From NCBI GenBank assembly GCA_964016885.1, contig CAXHJY010000261.1, positions 1-18,460 of the forward strand: DNA of 18,460 nucleotides, read 5' to 3'. The notes below the pieces were generated by a model. The model made no database searches. It was given only the letters and a program-made list of their open reading frames with translations, and was not told the DNA's origin. The position numbers and the translations under genes are program-made. Within the stretch, counting starts at the first letter, position 1. Every line of letters starts with the position of its first letter. The DNA is from Eledone cirrhosa. Lineage: Eukaryota. Below, piece after piece: positions 1 through 11,066 of this stretch.

Positions 1-243
1 ACAGAGAAAAGAAAGGAAGAAAGAAAGAAAGAAAGAAAGAAGAGAAGGGAAACAAAAAATAGCAATTAAAACACGAACAATAACAACAACAACAACAAAA
101 TAATAATAATAATAATAATAGTAATAATAACAGCAACAATAATAATAACGGTAATAACGATAATAATAATAATAATAATAATAATGATAATTAAAACACC
201 AATAATGATGATAATAATGATGATGATGATGATGATGAGGAGG
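1..243. repeat. (GAAA)n purine tract followed by (AAC/AAT/GAT)n trinucleotide low-complexity repeat
   Basis: Directly visible; explains the poly-Ile ORF 66..272. Confidence 0.95.
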
Positions 244-344
244 ATTGATTCATATTGATAGACTGGCGCCAACTGATCGGAAATCGAATATAGTCACTTA
301 TTCATTTGATCATTTGTCAATTATGTATGTTTGTTTGTATTTCT

Positions 345-465
345 ACATATACACCATCTACACATACACACCATATATACATATATATACACATGTATAC
401 ATACATATATACATACACAGACACATACCTACACACACACACATACACACACATACACACACACG

Positions 466-500
<35 letters not shown>

Positions 501-685
501 TCACTTTTGTGTGTGTATAAATGTATGTATGTACGTATTTATTTTTGGGTGTATATTTATATATATATATATATATATGTATACATGCACAAACATACGT
601 ACATACACTGACATACGCACACATAAATATCTGAGTGTGTATGAATGTATATATGTGTGTGTTTGAAAGTGTGTATGTGTCTATG
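345..685. repeat. compound (CA)n/(TA)n/(TG)n microsatellite
   Basis: Directly visible. Confidence 0.95.
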
Positions 686-707
686 TGTTACCAGTGTTAA
701 ATTTATA

Positions 708-862
708 TATGTGGAAATGATCAACAAGGTTCGTCTCACAATCGTGAATTTCCATATTTGGTTTGGTTGTACAGCCTGACATCTTTAGCAAGTGTCTTTT
801 ATCACAACCTCAGGTTGGTCTCAGCCTTTTGGAATGAAATTAAGTAGGCATACATTGGTTGG
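708..862 (+). mobile_element. degenerate tRNA-derived octopus-type SINE (5' part), interrupted by a LINE insertion; apparently resumes at ~1251
   Basis: GCAAGTGTCTTTTATCACAACCTCAGGTTGGTCTCAGCCTTTTGGAATGAAATTAAGTAG resembles a recalled octopus SINE body (GGCAAGTGTCTTCTACTATAGCCTCGGGCCGACCAAAGCCTTGTGAGTGGATTTGGTAG). GAAGCTCATC after the LINE resembles the continuation GAAGCCCGTC. Recalled, not searched. Confidence 0.6.
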
Positions 863-984
863 TGTTTCTCCAGCGCAAGACGCATACAATAGTCCACTGC
901 AATGATAAAAAGGTAGGGAGCCAATGTATCTCCCTGGAGCACTCCAGCCAGTATCACAAAGAACTCTGTCATCCGATCAAGTGT
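863..984 (-). mobile_element. inverted internal piece of an RTE-group non-LTR retrotransposon reverse transcriptase
   Basis: The minus strand translates to TLDRMTEFFVILAGVLQGDTLAPYLFIIAVDYCMRLALEKH, which contains the LINE RT QG motif (GVxQGDxLxPxLF). This piece is not in the ORF track. Confidence 0.9.
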
Positions 985-1239
985 AAAGTCAACTCGAGAG
1001 TAGCTCAGAGGAGACTGAGGTTAGCTGGACATGCTCACCGACATCCAGAGTTGACACTGCACTCAGTGCTCCTGTGAGAGCCCCTGCATGGACACACTGG
1101 AAGAGGAAGACCGAGGTTAACATATGTTGATGCCCTAAGGACAGACACTGGCCTCTTGGAGACGGAGGACATGGCAGCGACGATGATGGACAGAGACCGC
1201 TGGAAAGAACTCGTCCAATTTTATCCGCTCTAGACATAG
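985..1239 (+). mobile_element. 3' end of RTE-group (RTE/Proto2-like) LINE ORF, degenerate (copy 1)
   Basis: Reads KVNSRVAQRRLRLAGHAHRHPELTLHSVLL*EPLHGHTGRGRPRLTYVDALRTDTG, with the AGH...GRGRP C-terminal motifs of RTE-group ORFs. About 92% identical by eye to copy 2, with a premature stop and a 12-bp deletion near the end. Confidence 0.92.
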
Positions 1240-2076
1240 ACATTGCTTGGAAGCTCATCTAATGGATTGTTACTGCGATTCAAGAATCCAGCCTCGTATA
1301 TCTGAAGTCATTTTTAAAGAGCTGAGGTTTTACGAAAATAAGACTGATCAGGTAAAAGTCGGATGCAATAAATATATAAATGGTGTGATATATCAACACA
1401 CTGATGTTATATGTAAAACTAAGATGTATCTAATTGCTGATAAAATATATTTTCCGCTGTAGTAGTTGAAAACCTATGCTGTAGATATTTCTTGTAGACG
1501 TATACTTGATGCTGTACAAAATATATAGATAACTGCCATAGTAGCGTAGGTGGTGAACTTTTAAGTTGACATTTTAACAGACTGATGCTAATTTGTTGCT
1601 GGGATGTTATAATATCTCACTATGTCTATCGTAGGCACTGATGCAACAGAAGATTTATAGATTGAACTAATGTAACTGTATATAAACACGAGACGTACGT
1701 CAAGTAGAGCAATTAAACCAGGCCGCAATTGTCTCTTCAAATTCTTAGGAAAATCCGTTAATAGTTAATTATTGTACGGTTCAGATGCGGAAAAAATAAC
1801 TAATTAATTCTAAGAATAAAATGGGGGTTATATAAAACAATTACTGCAGCATTTCCTAGCTTGTGTATATCGTAAAATTTTACAAACCAGATGAGCGTCA
1901 CTAATCAGTAACACGCAATGGTAGCCAAGAAAACTTAGATACATTAACTCGCAGACACCTATTAGTTGGTCTCGATAAGAAGCCGTCATGTTTTCACGGA
2001 CATTAAATTAATCTTAAATGTCAGATTTGCGCTGTGTATAGGATCGATTGCTCTGTCATTGTTCCTGCTTGCTTAC

Positions 2077-2097
2077 CTTTACCTGGGAAGAAATGAG
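2077..2097 (-). CDS. candidate 21-nt (or 15-nt) micro-exon
   Basis: Minus strand reads tctttttttcttacAG|CTCATTTCTTCCCAG(GTAAAG)|GTAAGC: a strong acceptor and two donors 6 nt apart, both frame-preserving. Phase-1 reading is xHFFPGK. Confidence 0.5.
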
Positions 2098-2160
2098 CTG
2101 TAAGAAAAAAAGATTGAATAGTTCTCACTGAAAACTATGAAACTGTCATGTTTCGTTTAT

Positions 2161-2178
2161 TACGCCATCTGGCGGTGG
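2161..2178 (-). promoter_or_regulatory. candidate CTCF-binding motif
   Basis: Minus strand CCACCGCCAGATGGCGTA matches the CCRCCAGRTGGCG CTCF core; it is a GC-rich island in AT-rich unique DNA. Confidence 0.45.
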
Positions 2179-2299
2179 AATATGCGTACTAAACGAAAAT
2201 GAAGTCAAGCAAGAAAAATATTTTCAGTTGTTGACTGAAAATTACTTTTCTTTCTGTTTTGTTATTTTTACTTATATACTACAATCAAATCATACATTC

Positions 2300-2810
<511 letters not shown>

Positions 2811-3053
2811 GATTAATTCTTCGTCCATTTGATTGATAAGCGTTCAGTTATTTGTGACACTGAAATAACTTCCTTGTTAAAATTAACCTGTAAGTGACTG
2901 AGTATCGCATGCTCCCTTTTCATACCAATCGCCCCTGGTTCTATGAAGCAGAACAACTCATTTTAAAGGGTTCCTATATAAATTAAACTCTTCCAACATA
3001 ATTTCACGTAAGAACCTTTTGTTAAATTATATTTCAGATACTATCATAATAAT

Positions 3054-3256
3054 GGGTTCTTATATAGGCACATGGCCAGCAATTTTTTGGAGGAGGAGAA
3101 AGTCGATTAAATCGACCCCAGTGCGTGACTGGTACTTTATTTTATCGACCCCGTAAGAATGAAGGGCAAAGTTAACCTCGGCGGGATTTGAACTCAGACA
3201 AGTAAAGGACCGTAACTCTATCATGCTGCAAAGCATGGTGTCCGACTCTCCACCGC
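3054..3256 (-). mobile_element. tRNA-derived SINE (family A), slightly 5'-shortened, with 19-bp TSD
   Basis: B box GAGTTCAAATCC on the minus strand. The core GGGGTCGATAAAATAAAGTACCAG is shared with copies at ~11.1, 11.6 and 14.6 kb. Perfect TSD CAGATACTATCATAATAAT at 3035-3053 and 3257-3275. Confidence 0.92.
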
Positions 3257-3423
3257 CAGATACTATCATAATAATAATTTAAAATAATCAATAAATTTAG
3301 TGAATACTTTTGAAATTCTTCATTAATTAATCTAAATTCAGTGCATTAATTAATTCAAATGCAGAGTGTTCGTTTCATGGGAAATGTGATGAAAGATTTA
3401 ATGTAATTCTCGAGTCGAATCAG

Positions 3424-3479
3424 CGACCTTTGAAGTACGACCTTTGAAGTATGATCTTTGGAGTGCTACCATTGGAGTA
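3424..3479. repeat. 14-bp minisatellite, 2 perfect plus 2 degenerate units
   Basis: CGACCTTTGAAGTA x2, then TGATCTTTGGAGTG and CTACCATTGGAGTA. Confidence 0.8.
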
Positions 3480-4019
3480 CATTTGAAACCGATTTCCCAA
3501 CAGCACTTTTGTGTATACCCCCCCCCCCCCCACATATATATATGTATAAGTATGTATATATATATTGTTATATGAATGTTATTTACACAAACGAATTATA
3601 TATATATATGTGTGTGTATACAGTGTATATATATATATACACACGCTTATAAACACACACACATTCTTACTGATACTGATGTTGGATATTAATTTGTTGT
3701 AATCTCACACACACAACTTTTACTATTATCGATCTTGTTACACACATTCATGGAGTTATCCTATACACACTATCAGATATATGCTACACACTTTTACAAT
3801 TATATACACACGTATATTATTATTCTTTTCACAAACTTCAATTATATTGCTGCTTTGTCATCACACATAAATGTCATAGTAACTTTGTTGGTATTCCCAC
3901 ATACATACACGCATAAGCATATACATATTCATACATACACACATACATATACACACGCACGCATGTACACGTATTACTGTTGAGTATAAAATTGTCCCTA
4001 TGTTACTTACATACACCAC

Positions 4020-4058
<39 letters not shown>

Positions 4059-4337
4059 CACAAACAACCTCACACACATACACACATATAAACAGAAACA
4101 TGCGCAGTACAATATGGCAGTCTATAAATTACCCAAATAAGGAAATATCACAGCTTCATACAAGATCTTATATTTTAACTCACGCTAAACTTACTCTCAA
4201 AATTATATTGAACATCGTAAATATTAATTTATAGTCAGAAAAGAAGAAACAAACTCAATCACATGATTCGAATCATTTAGTTAAGTTTACGTTCTGCAAA
4301 TTCTTTAGGGAATTTGTTTTTATTCAAATATTCTTAC

Positions 4338-4484
4338 CAATCTCTGGTTTAGCATCAGGGAACCTGCTTTTATGGCTGTTTTCTTGGGAGCTACTAGAGC
4401 AGGTTTTCCCCAGCCTGAGCGATATCACCCACTGGCAAATAGATTCAACTGCTTCAATAGCAGAGAGCAGGGATGTGGTCCGGT
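4338..4484 (-). CDS. candidate 147-nt phase 1-1 coding exon, product unknown
   Basis: tttactAG|ACCGG...GAGATTG|GTAAGA. Only one frame is open (xRTTSLLSAIEAVESICQWVISLRLGKTCSSSSQENSHKSRFPDAKPEI) and GC content is raised relative to the flanks. The phase matches the 2077-2097 micro-exon. The acceptor pyrimidine tract is weak and I recognise no homology. Confidence 0.4.
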
Positions 4485-4574
4485 CTAGTAAATACTTTTA
4501 AATGAATAAACTGAATGAAGGACTCATATGAATCATCGGCTTCTCAGAACTAGCGAGATGAACCTTTCCCCATA

Positions 4575-4969
4575 TATCTCTAGGGCGGGTAAAATTCCCT
4601 AGATCCATGGACGAGCTCTCTCCAGCGGTCTCTGTCCCTCATTATCGCTGCCATGTCCTGTGTCTCCAAGAGACCAGTGTCTGTCCTTAGGGCATCAACA
4701 TATGTTAACCTCGGTCTTCCTCTTCCAGTGTGTCCACGCAGGGGCTCCCACAGGAGCGCTGGGTGCAGTGTCAACTCTGGACGTCGGTGAGCATGTCCAG
4801 CTAATCTCAGTCTTCTCTGTGTCACTTTCGAGTTGACTTTTGGGAGGCTCCCGTACAGCTCTGAGTTCTTCATCCTCAGTGTATACTGATTAATGTTCAG
4901 AGCCATTCTCAGCATTCTCGTGTAGCACCCATCCACCATCTGAGCGAGTTTCTTGGTCGGTGTCCAAGT

Positions 4970-4973
<4 letters not shown>
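4575..4973 (-). mobile_element. 5'-truncated 3' end of RTE-group LINE (copy 2), reading frame intact to the stop
   Basis: ATWTPTKKLAQMVDGCYTRMLRMALN...RRLRLAGHAHRRPE...WEPLRGHTGRGRPRLTYVDALRTDTG...WRELV; stop at 4580-4582. The N-terminal part of ORF 4580..5056 is only (TA)n read-through. Confidence 0.93.
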
Positions 4974-5020
<47 letters not shown>

Positions 5021-5022
<2 letters not shown>

Positions 5023-5162
5023 CGAAGGAAATGTGGTAAGGAACCAGGTGGACCATAACGCACCAAAGTACTCAATACTTGAGGTAGTAGAGTGGGTAAT
5101 AGGAACCAGTAAGACCCCGACAGCTGAGCTCAAGCCGTTTCGACGGCTATCTCTCCGAGAAT
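5021..5162 (-). mobile_element. short repeat with a partial hammerhead-ribozyme fold (copy A); possible Penelope-like pLTR or retrozyme remnant
   Basis: Aligns at roughly 70-75% by eye with 10065-10182. Contains stem II-GAAA-stem III-GTC and sits between two (TA)n tracts. Confidence 0.6.
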
Positions 5163-5208
5163 TAGCCGTCGAAACGGCTTGAGCTCAGCTGTCGGGGTCT
5201 TACTGGTT

Positions 5209-5213
<5 letters not shown>
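5099..5213. repeat. perfect inverted repeat, 51-bp arms, 13-nt spacer
   Basis: 5099-5149 is the exact reverse complement of 5163-5213. Confidence 0.97.
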
Positions 5214-5261
<48 letters not shown>

Positions 5262-5741
5262 CAGAGACTAGGTTTACGGAAGAAGTATTTCAAAACATCA
5301 ATAACATAGGAGTAGTAAAGAGGGAAGGTATGGTGTAGGATGGGGGGTATTAAAAACATGGAATGGTCAAATAAACAAAGAGGAGAAATGGGTGTGGGAA
5401 GTATTTACCACCTGCTTCTTTCGATTGTATTAACTGTTATGGTTAAAGGTCACTGGTGAATAACAACCAATTCTAATTTTGGAAAAAATGATTCTTCTTT
5501 TTGTATAAAAAATATTGTTTGTTTGGGGTAGATATTTTTAGCAAGTAGGCATTATTAATAATAAATTTGCATAAATACATACAAACATATACATACATAC
5601 GTGGAGATGAGGGTTGCACATTTTTTTCGGGGGTCTGTGTTACCCATATAAACTGTCTCCCTCTATTGGGGAAAATCGACTAACTTTTAAATTCCATCTG
5701 TGATAACATTTTACACGTTTTTATTGTATGTAAACTTCCCC

Positions 5742-5787
5742 CTTTGTATTTGTCCCCTTCTTTTGTGCCCCTGTGGCTAATAAAGAA
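5742..5787 (+). mobile_element. 3' terminus of an interspersed retroelement-like repeat with AATAAA
   Basis: CTTTGTATTTGTCCCCT...GCCCCTGTGGCTAATAAAGAA matches the reverse complement of 11452-11499. Family uncertain. Confidence 0.6.
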
Positions 5788-5789
5788 TA

Positions 5790-5842
<53 letters not shown>

Positions 5843-5845
5843 CTC

Positions 5846-5907
<62 letters not shown>

Positions 5908-5959
5908 CACTAGTGAATGGTTTCAGGTGTGTTGAGGTATATATATATATACACACACA

Positions 5960-6022
<63 letters not shown>

Positions 6023-6029
6023 TTATCTA

Positions 6030-6095
<66 letters not shown>

Positions 6096-6160
6096 CACTA
6101 GTGAACGGTTTCAGGTGTGTTGAGGTATATATATATATATATACACACACATATATCTAT
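5790..6160. repeat. tandem duplication (~188-bp period) of a compound microsatellite with a unique core
   Basis: (ATCT)n(CT)n(AT)n(GT)n-ATACACTAGTGAAYGGTTTCAGGTGTGTTGAGG occurs twice, with one substitution in the core. Confidence 0.92.
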
Positions 6161-6189
6161 CCCCTTCCTTTTCCCTGCAAACTGTATAA

Positions 6190-6570
6190 GAGTACATATG
6201 TATATAAACACATATCTGTGTGAGTATATGTATTATATGTATGTATGTGTATCTGTTTGTGTATATATGTGCGTGAGTATGTGTTTGTACCTGTGTGTGT
6301 GTGTGTATGAGTGGGAGCATGTGTATATATGAGTATGTATGTGTGTAAGTATGTGTATGTCTATGAGTGAGTATGAGTATGTGTCTACGTATGTGTATGT
6401 GTGTATATCAATATATGTATGTATTTGAGTATGTATGTATATGTATGTATATAAGTTTGTGTATGTCAATATGTGAATGTATGTATTGAGTATGTGAATG
6501 TATGTATGTATATGTATGTATATGTATGTATATGTATGTATATGTATAAGTATATATGTATGTGTCTGTG
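6190..6570. repeat. degenerate (TG)/(TATG)n low-complexity repeat
   Basis: Directly visible. Confidence 0.9.
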
Positions 6571-6824
6571 CAGGAACCTAACATAGATGTTTGCAGTCGA
6601 TATTCACCAGATAAATATGGCGATTTTTCTTTTGAACTGAGACGCTTAATGAGTAAATCTTATTATCTTCATTAGCGTTTCTGAATTTGACCTCACTTTG
6701 TATATGATCGATTTTGAAAATTAATTACAAAACTTTTGTTGATATCGATGATTATTAGATTTAAGCGAAATCTGTTTAGTATGGTGTATGCATATACACG
6801 CATCAACCACATCGCCATATATAT

Positions 6825-6896
<72 letters not shown>

Positions 6897-6953
6897 ACTC
6901 TTCCTATGGACTGAGTGCTCTAAACCCTTGGATATTTACACCAAGTTTACACT

Positions 6954-7013
<60 letters not shown>

Positions 7014-7239
7014 AATATGCATGGTGTGTGTGTAGTTTCCTGACTGTGGGGTTATAATAACTAAAGAAAGAGCCCTCAATATGTAAATATGAAGGTAGAT
7101 ATTCTATATTGTATAAAATACATGGCAACATGGCATATACCTTCCATATTATATTATAATTAAATTAAATAGATAATACTCTTCTGTGATCATTAAATAA
7201 TTTAATAACTTTGCAGCATAACAATATTGTGGAAATATC

Positions 7240-7590
7240 CAAAGCGGTGGCGTGGGCTGAAACATGTTATGACCTGTCACACAATTCTACGCGTGCGAGT
7301 GTGGACGTTTTGGAGGAAATGTAGGCTCAGTAACTTAGTTATTTTCCTTAGTGTCGTCAGAGCAGGAAGTGCCCAAAACTAGATTAGTTTAATGTACCAA
7401 ACTGTAAGTTGAAATTATTTTAATTTGGAGGAGAACGGGACGTCTGACTGAGAGAAGGAAGCTAGAGCTAGCCTAGAGTGCTAAATACCGAAACACCAGT
7501 TCCGACAACAACAACAACAACAGTAACGTAAAAATGTTCGTCCACACAGTTGGAAAATATTGGTAAAGCGAGAAAGATATTCGACTCGTT
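7240..7590. promoter_or_regulatory. CpG-retaining unique region, possible promoter or enhancer
   Basis: Locally more CpG; GC/GT-box-like GGCGTGGG (~7249), ETS-like CAGGAAGT (~7363) and minus-strand Inr-like TCAGTC (~7445-7450). Short motifs only. Confidence 0.3.
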
Positions 7591-7904
7591 AAATAGACAG
7601 ACAAAAAACAAGAATAATAAAAAAAAAAACAAGAATAAACATAAGTGTGAAATATTGATGTTTGCTTAAAATGTTTTTAGATGTGAGGAGGAGGAGGAGA
7701 ATGAAAATAAAAATAAAAGTTCGCTTATAAACCTGGCGTTGTTTATGGAATATAGGCTGTTTCTCATCAATGGTGTAATTGGTGTAAAAAGAAAAAAAAG
7801 GAAAAGAAAGAAAGAAGGAAAGAAACCGTACATCTTAATTATGATCGACCTCGACTGCTATTCGTCGCAAAACTACGTCTGAATAAACTAAAAGAACACA
7901 TCAC

Positions 7905-8028
7905 CATATATGTGTGTGTATATATATATATGTGTGTGCGTGTGTGTGTATATATATATATTGTCAGCATTTTCTATTCCGTTTACCAATATATAATAAC
8001 TTGTGTGTTACACCTCTATTCTTTTAAC

Positions 8029-8089
<61 letters not shown>

Positions 8090-8184
8090 GTATATATGTG
8101 TATATATATGTATATATGTGTGTGTGTATATATGTATATATGTGTATATATATGTCTATATATATGTGTGTGTATATATGTATG

Positions 8185-8215
<31 letters not shown>

Positions 8216-8705
8216 ATATATATACGTATGTGTGCGTAAATACGTAGGAGTGATATTATTTTTATATATATGTGGGGGGTGGGGGCACATGTGTGTAAAT
8301 TGCAAACGGAAAGAAGACTGTACGATATCATTAGTCAGTAGATTTATTTATAGCAGTGTGTGTGTATACACGTGGGTGTGTGTACACGTGTGTGTGTACA
8401 TGCGTGCATACTCAGCCTGTGTATGTACAGGTATGCTGTATATATATATAGATATATGACCATGTATACATGCGCACAATGTATATGTCTGTTTTTCTCA
8501 CTCACACCCCCTCTCTTTTTCTCTCTATCTCCCTCTCTCTCTGTTTCTCTCACACTCACTCACATTGTTTCTTTATCCCTTCTCTCTCTCTCACACACAC
8601 TATCTCTTTCTCTCTATCCATCTTTCTCTCTCAGTATCTTTAACTCTTTCTTTATTTATCCTCTTTCTTTATTTATCCTCTCTCTTTATTTATCTCTCTC
8701 ACTCA
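7905..8705. repeat. (TA)/(TG) microsatellites followed by a CT-rich tract
   Basis: Directly visible. Confidence 0.93.
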
Positions 8706-10021
8706 AACTCAAACTTCACACTGAAGCAGCCTCACACTTTAATTACTAATACCAACACTAACTCTATCACTCAATGACGATATATATATTGAGCTTATAT
8801 CGAGTAATGTGCATTTAATGAGTAATGGCATCAGTTGGAATGAATTCCGTACAGAGTGGACCAGGTTAAGTTTGCCATTTCCTACCCCACACACATATCA
8901 AAATAATTTGTCTACTCCGAGGCGACAAATATGACAGATTTCAAGTACGAGGAGTAAATATTAGAGACTCTGGAAATTCGTCTCTATCAGACTTTGTGAA
9001 ACTTATTCAGTATTGCATTATGTAAAATCTAGGAACGTGACATTCTTCGATCAGTTTTGAATATTATAACCGCTCGATTAAACAATTTGTAAACTGCCCA
9101 AACTTTTGCACTGATACTGGGAAAATACATTATTTTTTTCTAAAAAGGAAAACTGATAAACAATTATTTTTGCATAACTTCTTCGGAACAGAAAAGTGGA
9201 ATCGATTATTATTGTATTTTTTTTTTATCTTTTTATCTTCACACTTCTGATTAATTTTTAGTTTTTGGATGAATATCTTTGCCAAACTATTGGGCTTAAT
9301 CTAATAAGCCCAAGCCCACCATATTTTAAATATCTGATATTTTATTTAATTACCAAGAAATTACAATTATGTTGGAAATTCTGAAGAAATTAAGATATCG
9401 ATACTGAAAAATTTTTTTTTTTTTTCGACAATTTGTAAAGTATTTAAATAAATTTTAGTAATATGGAATATACCATAAAAACATATTATTGGAAAAATTT
9501 AGCGCGATATAAATTATGGAAAGCAAGCTAGAAGCATGTAGTCAGGGTTACAGCATTGTTAATAGTGGTTATTAATTTTGAAGACCATCAATTAGAAAGT
9601 TACTAAAATATTCGACGATAAACTAAAACTAAGCATTAGGTGATCGCTGTAAAATATGTCATGAATTTCTGAGGGAAATTACACATACACGCATACACAC
9701 ATACACACATACACACACAAATACATACACACACACACTCTCTCTTTCTCACGAACGCTCTCTCTTTCATACACACACAGACACACCACACACCACAACC
9801 TCCAAATTTATTCAAAGATATGAACAAATATATCAAACACTCCCAGAAAGTCTAACAGTGATCAGTGTCAGCCAAATCTGTATTTATTGGTAAAACGTAA
9901 AGTTTCTTGGAGAAGAAGAGATTCTAAAGGCAGCGAGTAAAACATTTTCTTCACCCTTAGTCAATGCTAGAACGGGATCGCAGTGGAGAATTACAGGAAA
10001 TGGTAGATTATTACTCAAATA

Positions 10022-10185
10022 TGAGCCGATCCGATCAACAGCTAGATCCGAACTAGTTCGGATCTAGCTGTTAAAATGGCCGGAGCTCAGTCGTCGGGGT
10101 CCTGAATTTTTTCATATTATCTATTCTACTACCGCAAGTATGGAGTACGCTGGTGAGTAATGGCCTAACAGGTTTTTACCACCTC
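10022..10185 (+). mobile_element. copy B of the hammerhead-like repeat, including a 36-bp perfect palindrome (10037-10072)
   Basis: GAGCTCAGTCGTCGGGGTC...CTACTACCGCAAGTATGGAGTAC...TTACCAC is homologous to copy A and is followed by (TA)n. Confidence 0.6.
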
Positions 10186-10223
10186 CAATCTGATATATTT
10201 ATGATGTATATATATGTGTGTGT

Positions 10224-10538
<315 letters not shown>

Positions 10539-10543
10539 ACCTC

Positions 10544-10661
<118 letters not shown>

Positions 10662-11004
10662 TGAGTTACACCTTCTCTGAAGAACTATTTATATATTACA
10701 TAGGAATGGAATACTTTGCGTTGTGTTACTTCATATGTTTTTCTAGACATATTTTAGTAAAGTTGTCTATATAAAGCTCAAAGAAAGTTTGTTTTTCTAA
10801 AAATATATTAGATATATTAGATATATTACATATATACATCAGAATGAAATGTTGTGATACAAACTTACACCAATATCTTGTTTACAATTGATTACTTGTT
10901 GCACTAAGACTCACTGCTAAGTGGAACAAGAAGAAAACAACAAAAACCAGAACAACCAGATCAATGATGATGATGACGATAGTAATAACAACAAGAACAA
11001 CGAC

Positions 11005-11050
<46 letters not shown>

Positions 11051-11066
11051 GTAAAATATTAATAAT

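Noticed and set aside
1247-1462. 71-aa ORF with a CAG|GTAAAA donor-like site
   Set aside because: It starts at the LINE/SINE junction with a non-ATG codon, and I found no acceptor or recognisable homology.
5262-5700. Possible Penelope GIY-YIG coding remnant next to the hairpin
   Set aside because: I could not read a convincing motif in the frames examined; it needs a translated search.
7320-7362. CTGACGA on the minus strand (also CTGAAGA at ~9381 and ~10677) as hammerhead cores
   Set aside because: No stem II-GAAA-stem III arrangement follows.
8905-9313. Small hairpins (ATTTGTC/GACAAAT, AGAGAC/GTCTCT, TTGGGCTTA/TAAGCCCAA)
   Set aside because: Arms of 6-9 bp are expected by chance in AT-rich DNA.
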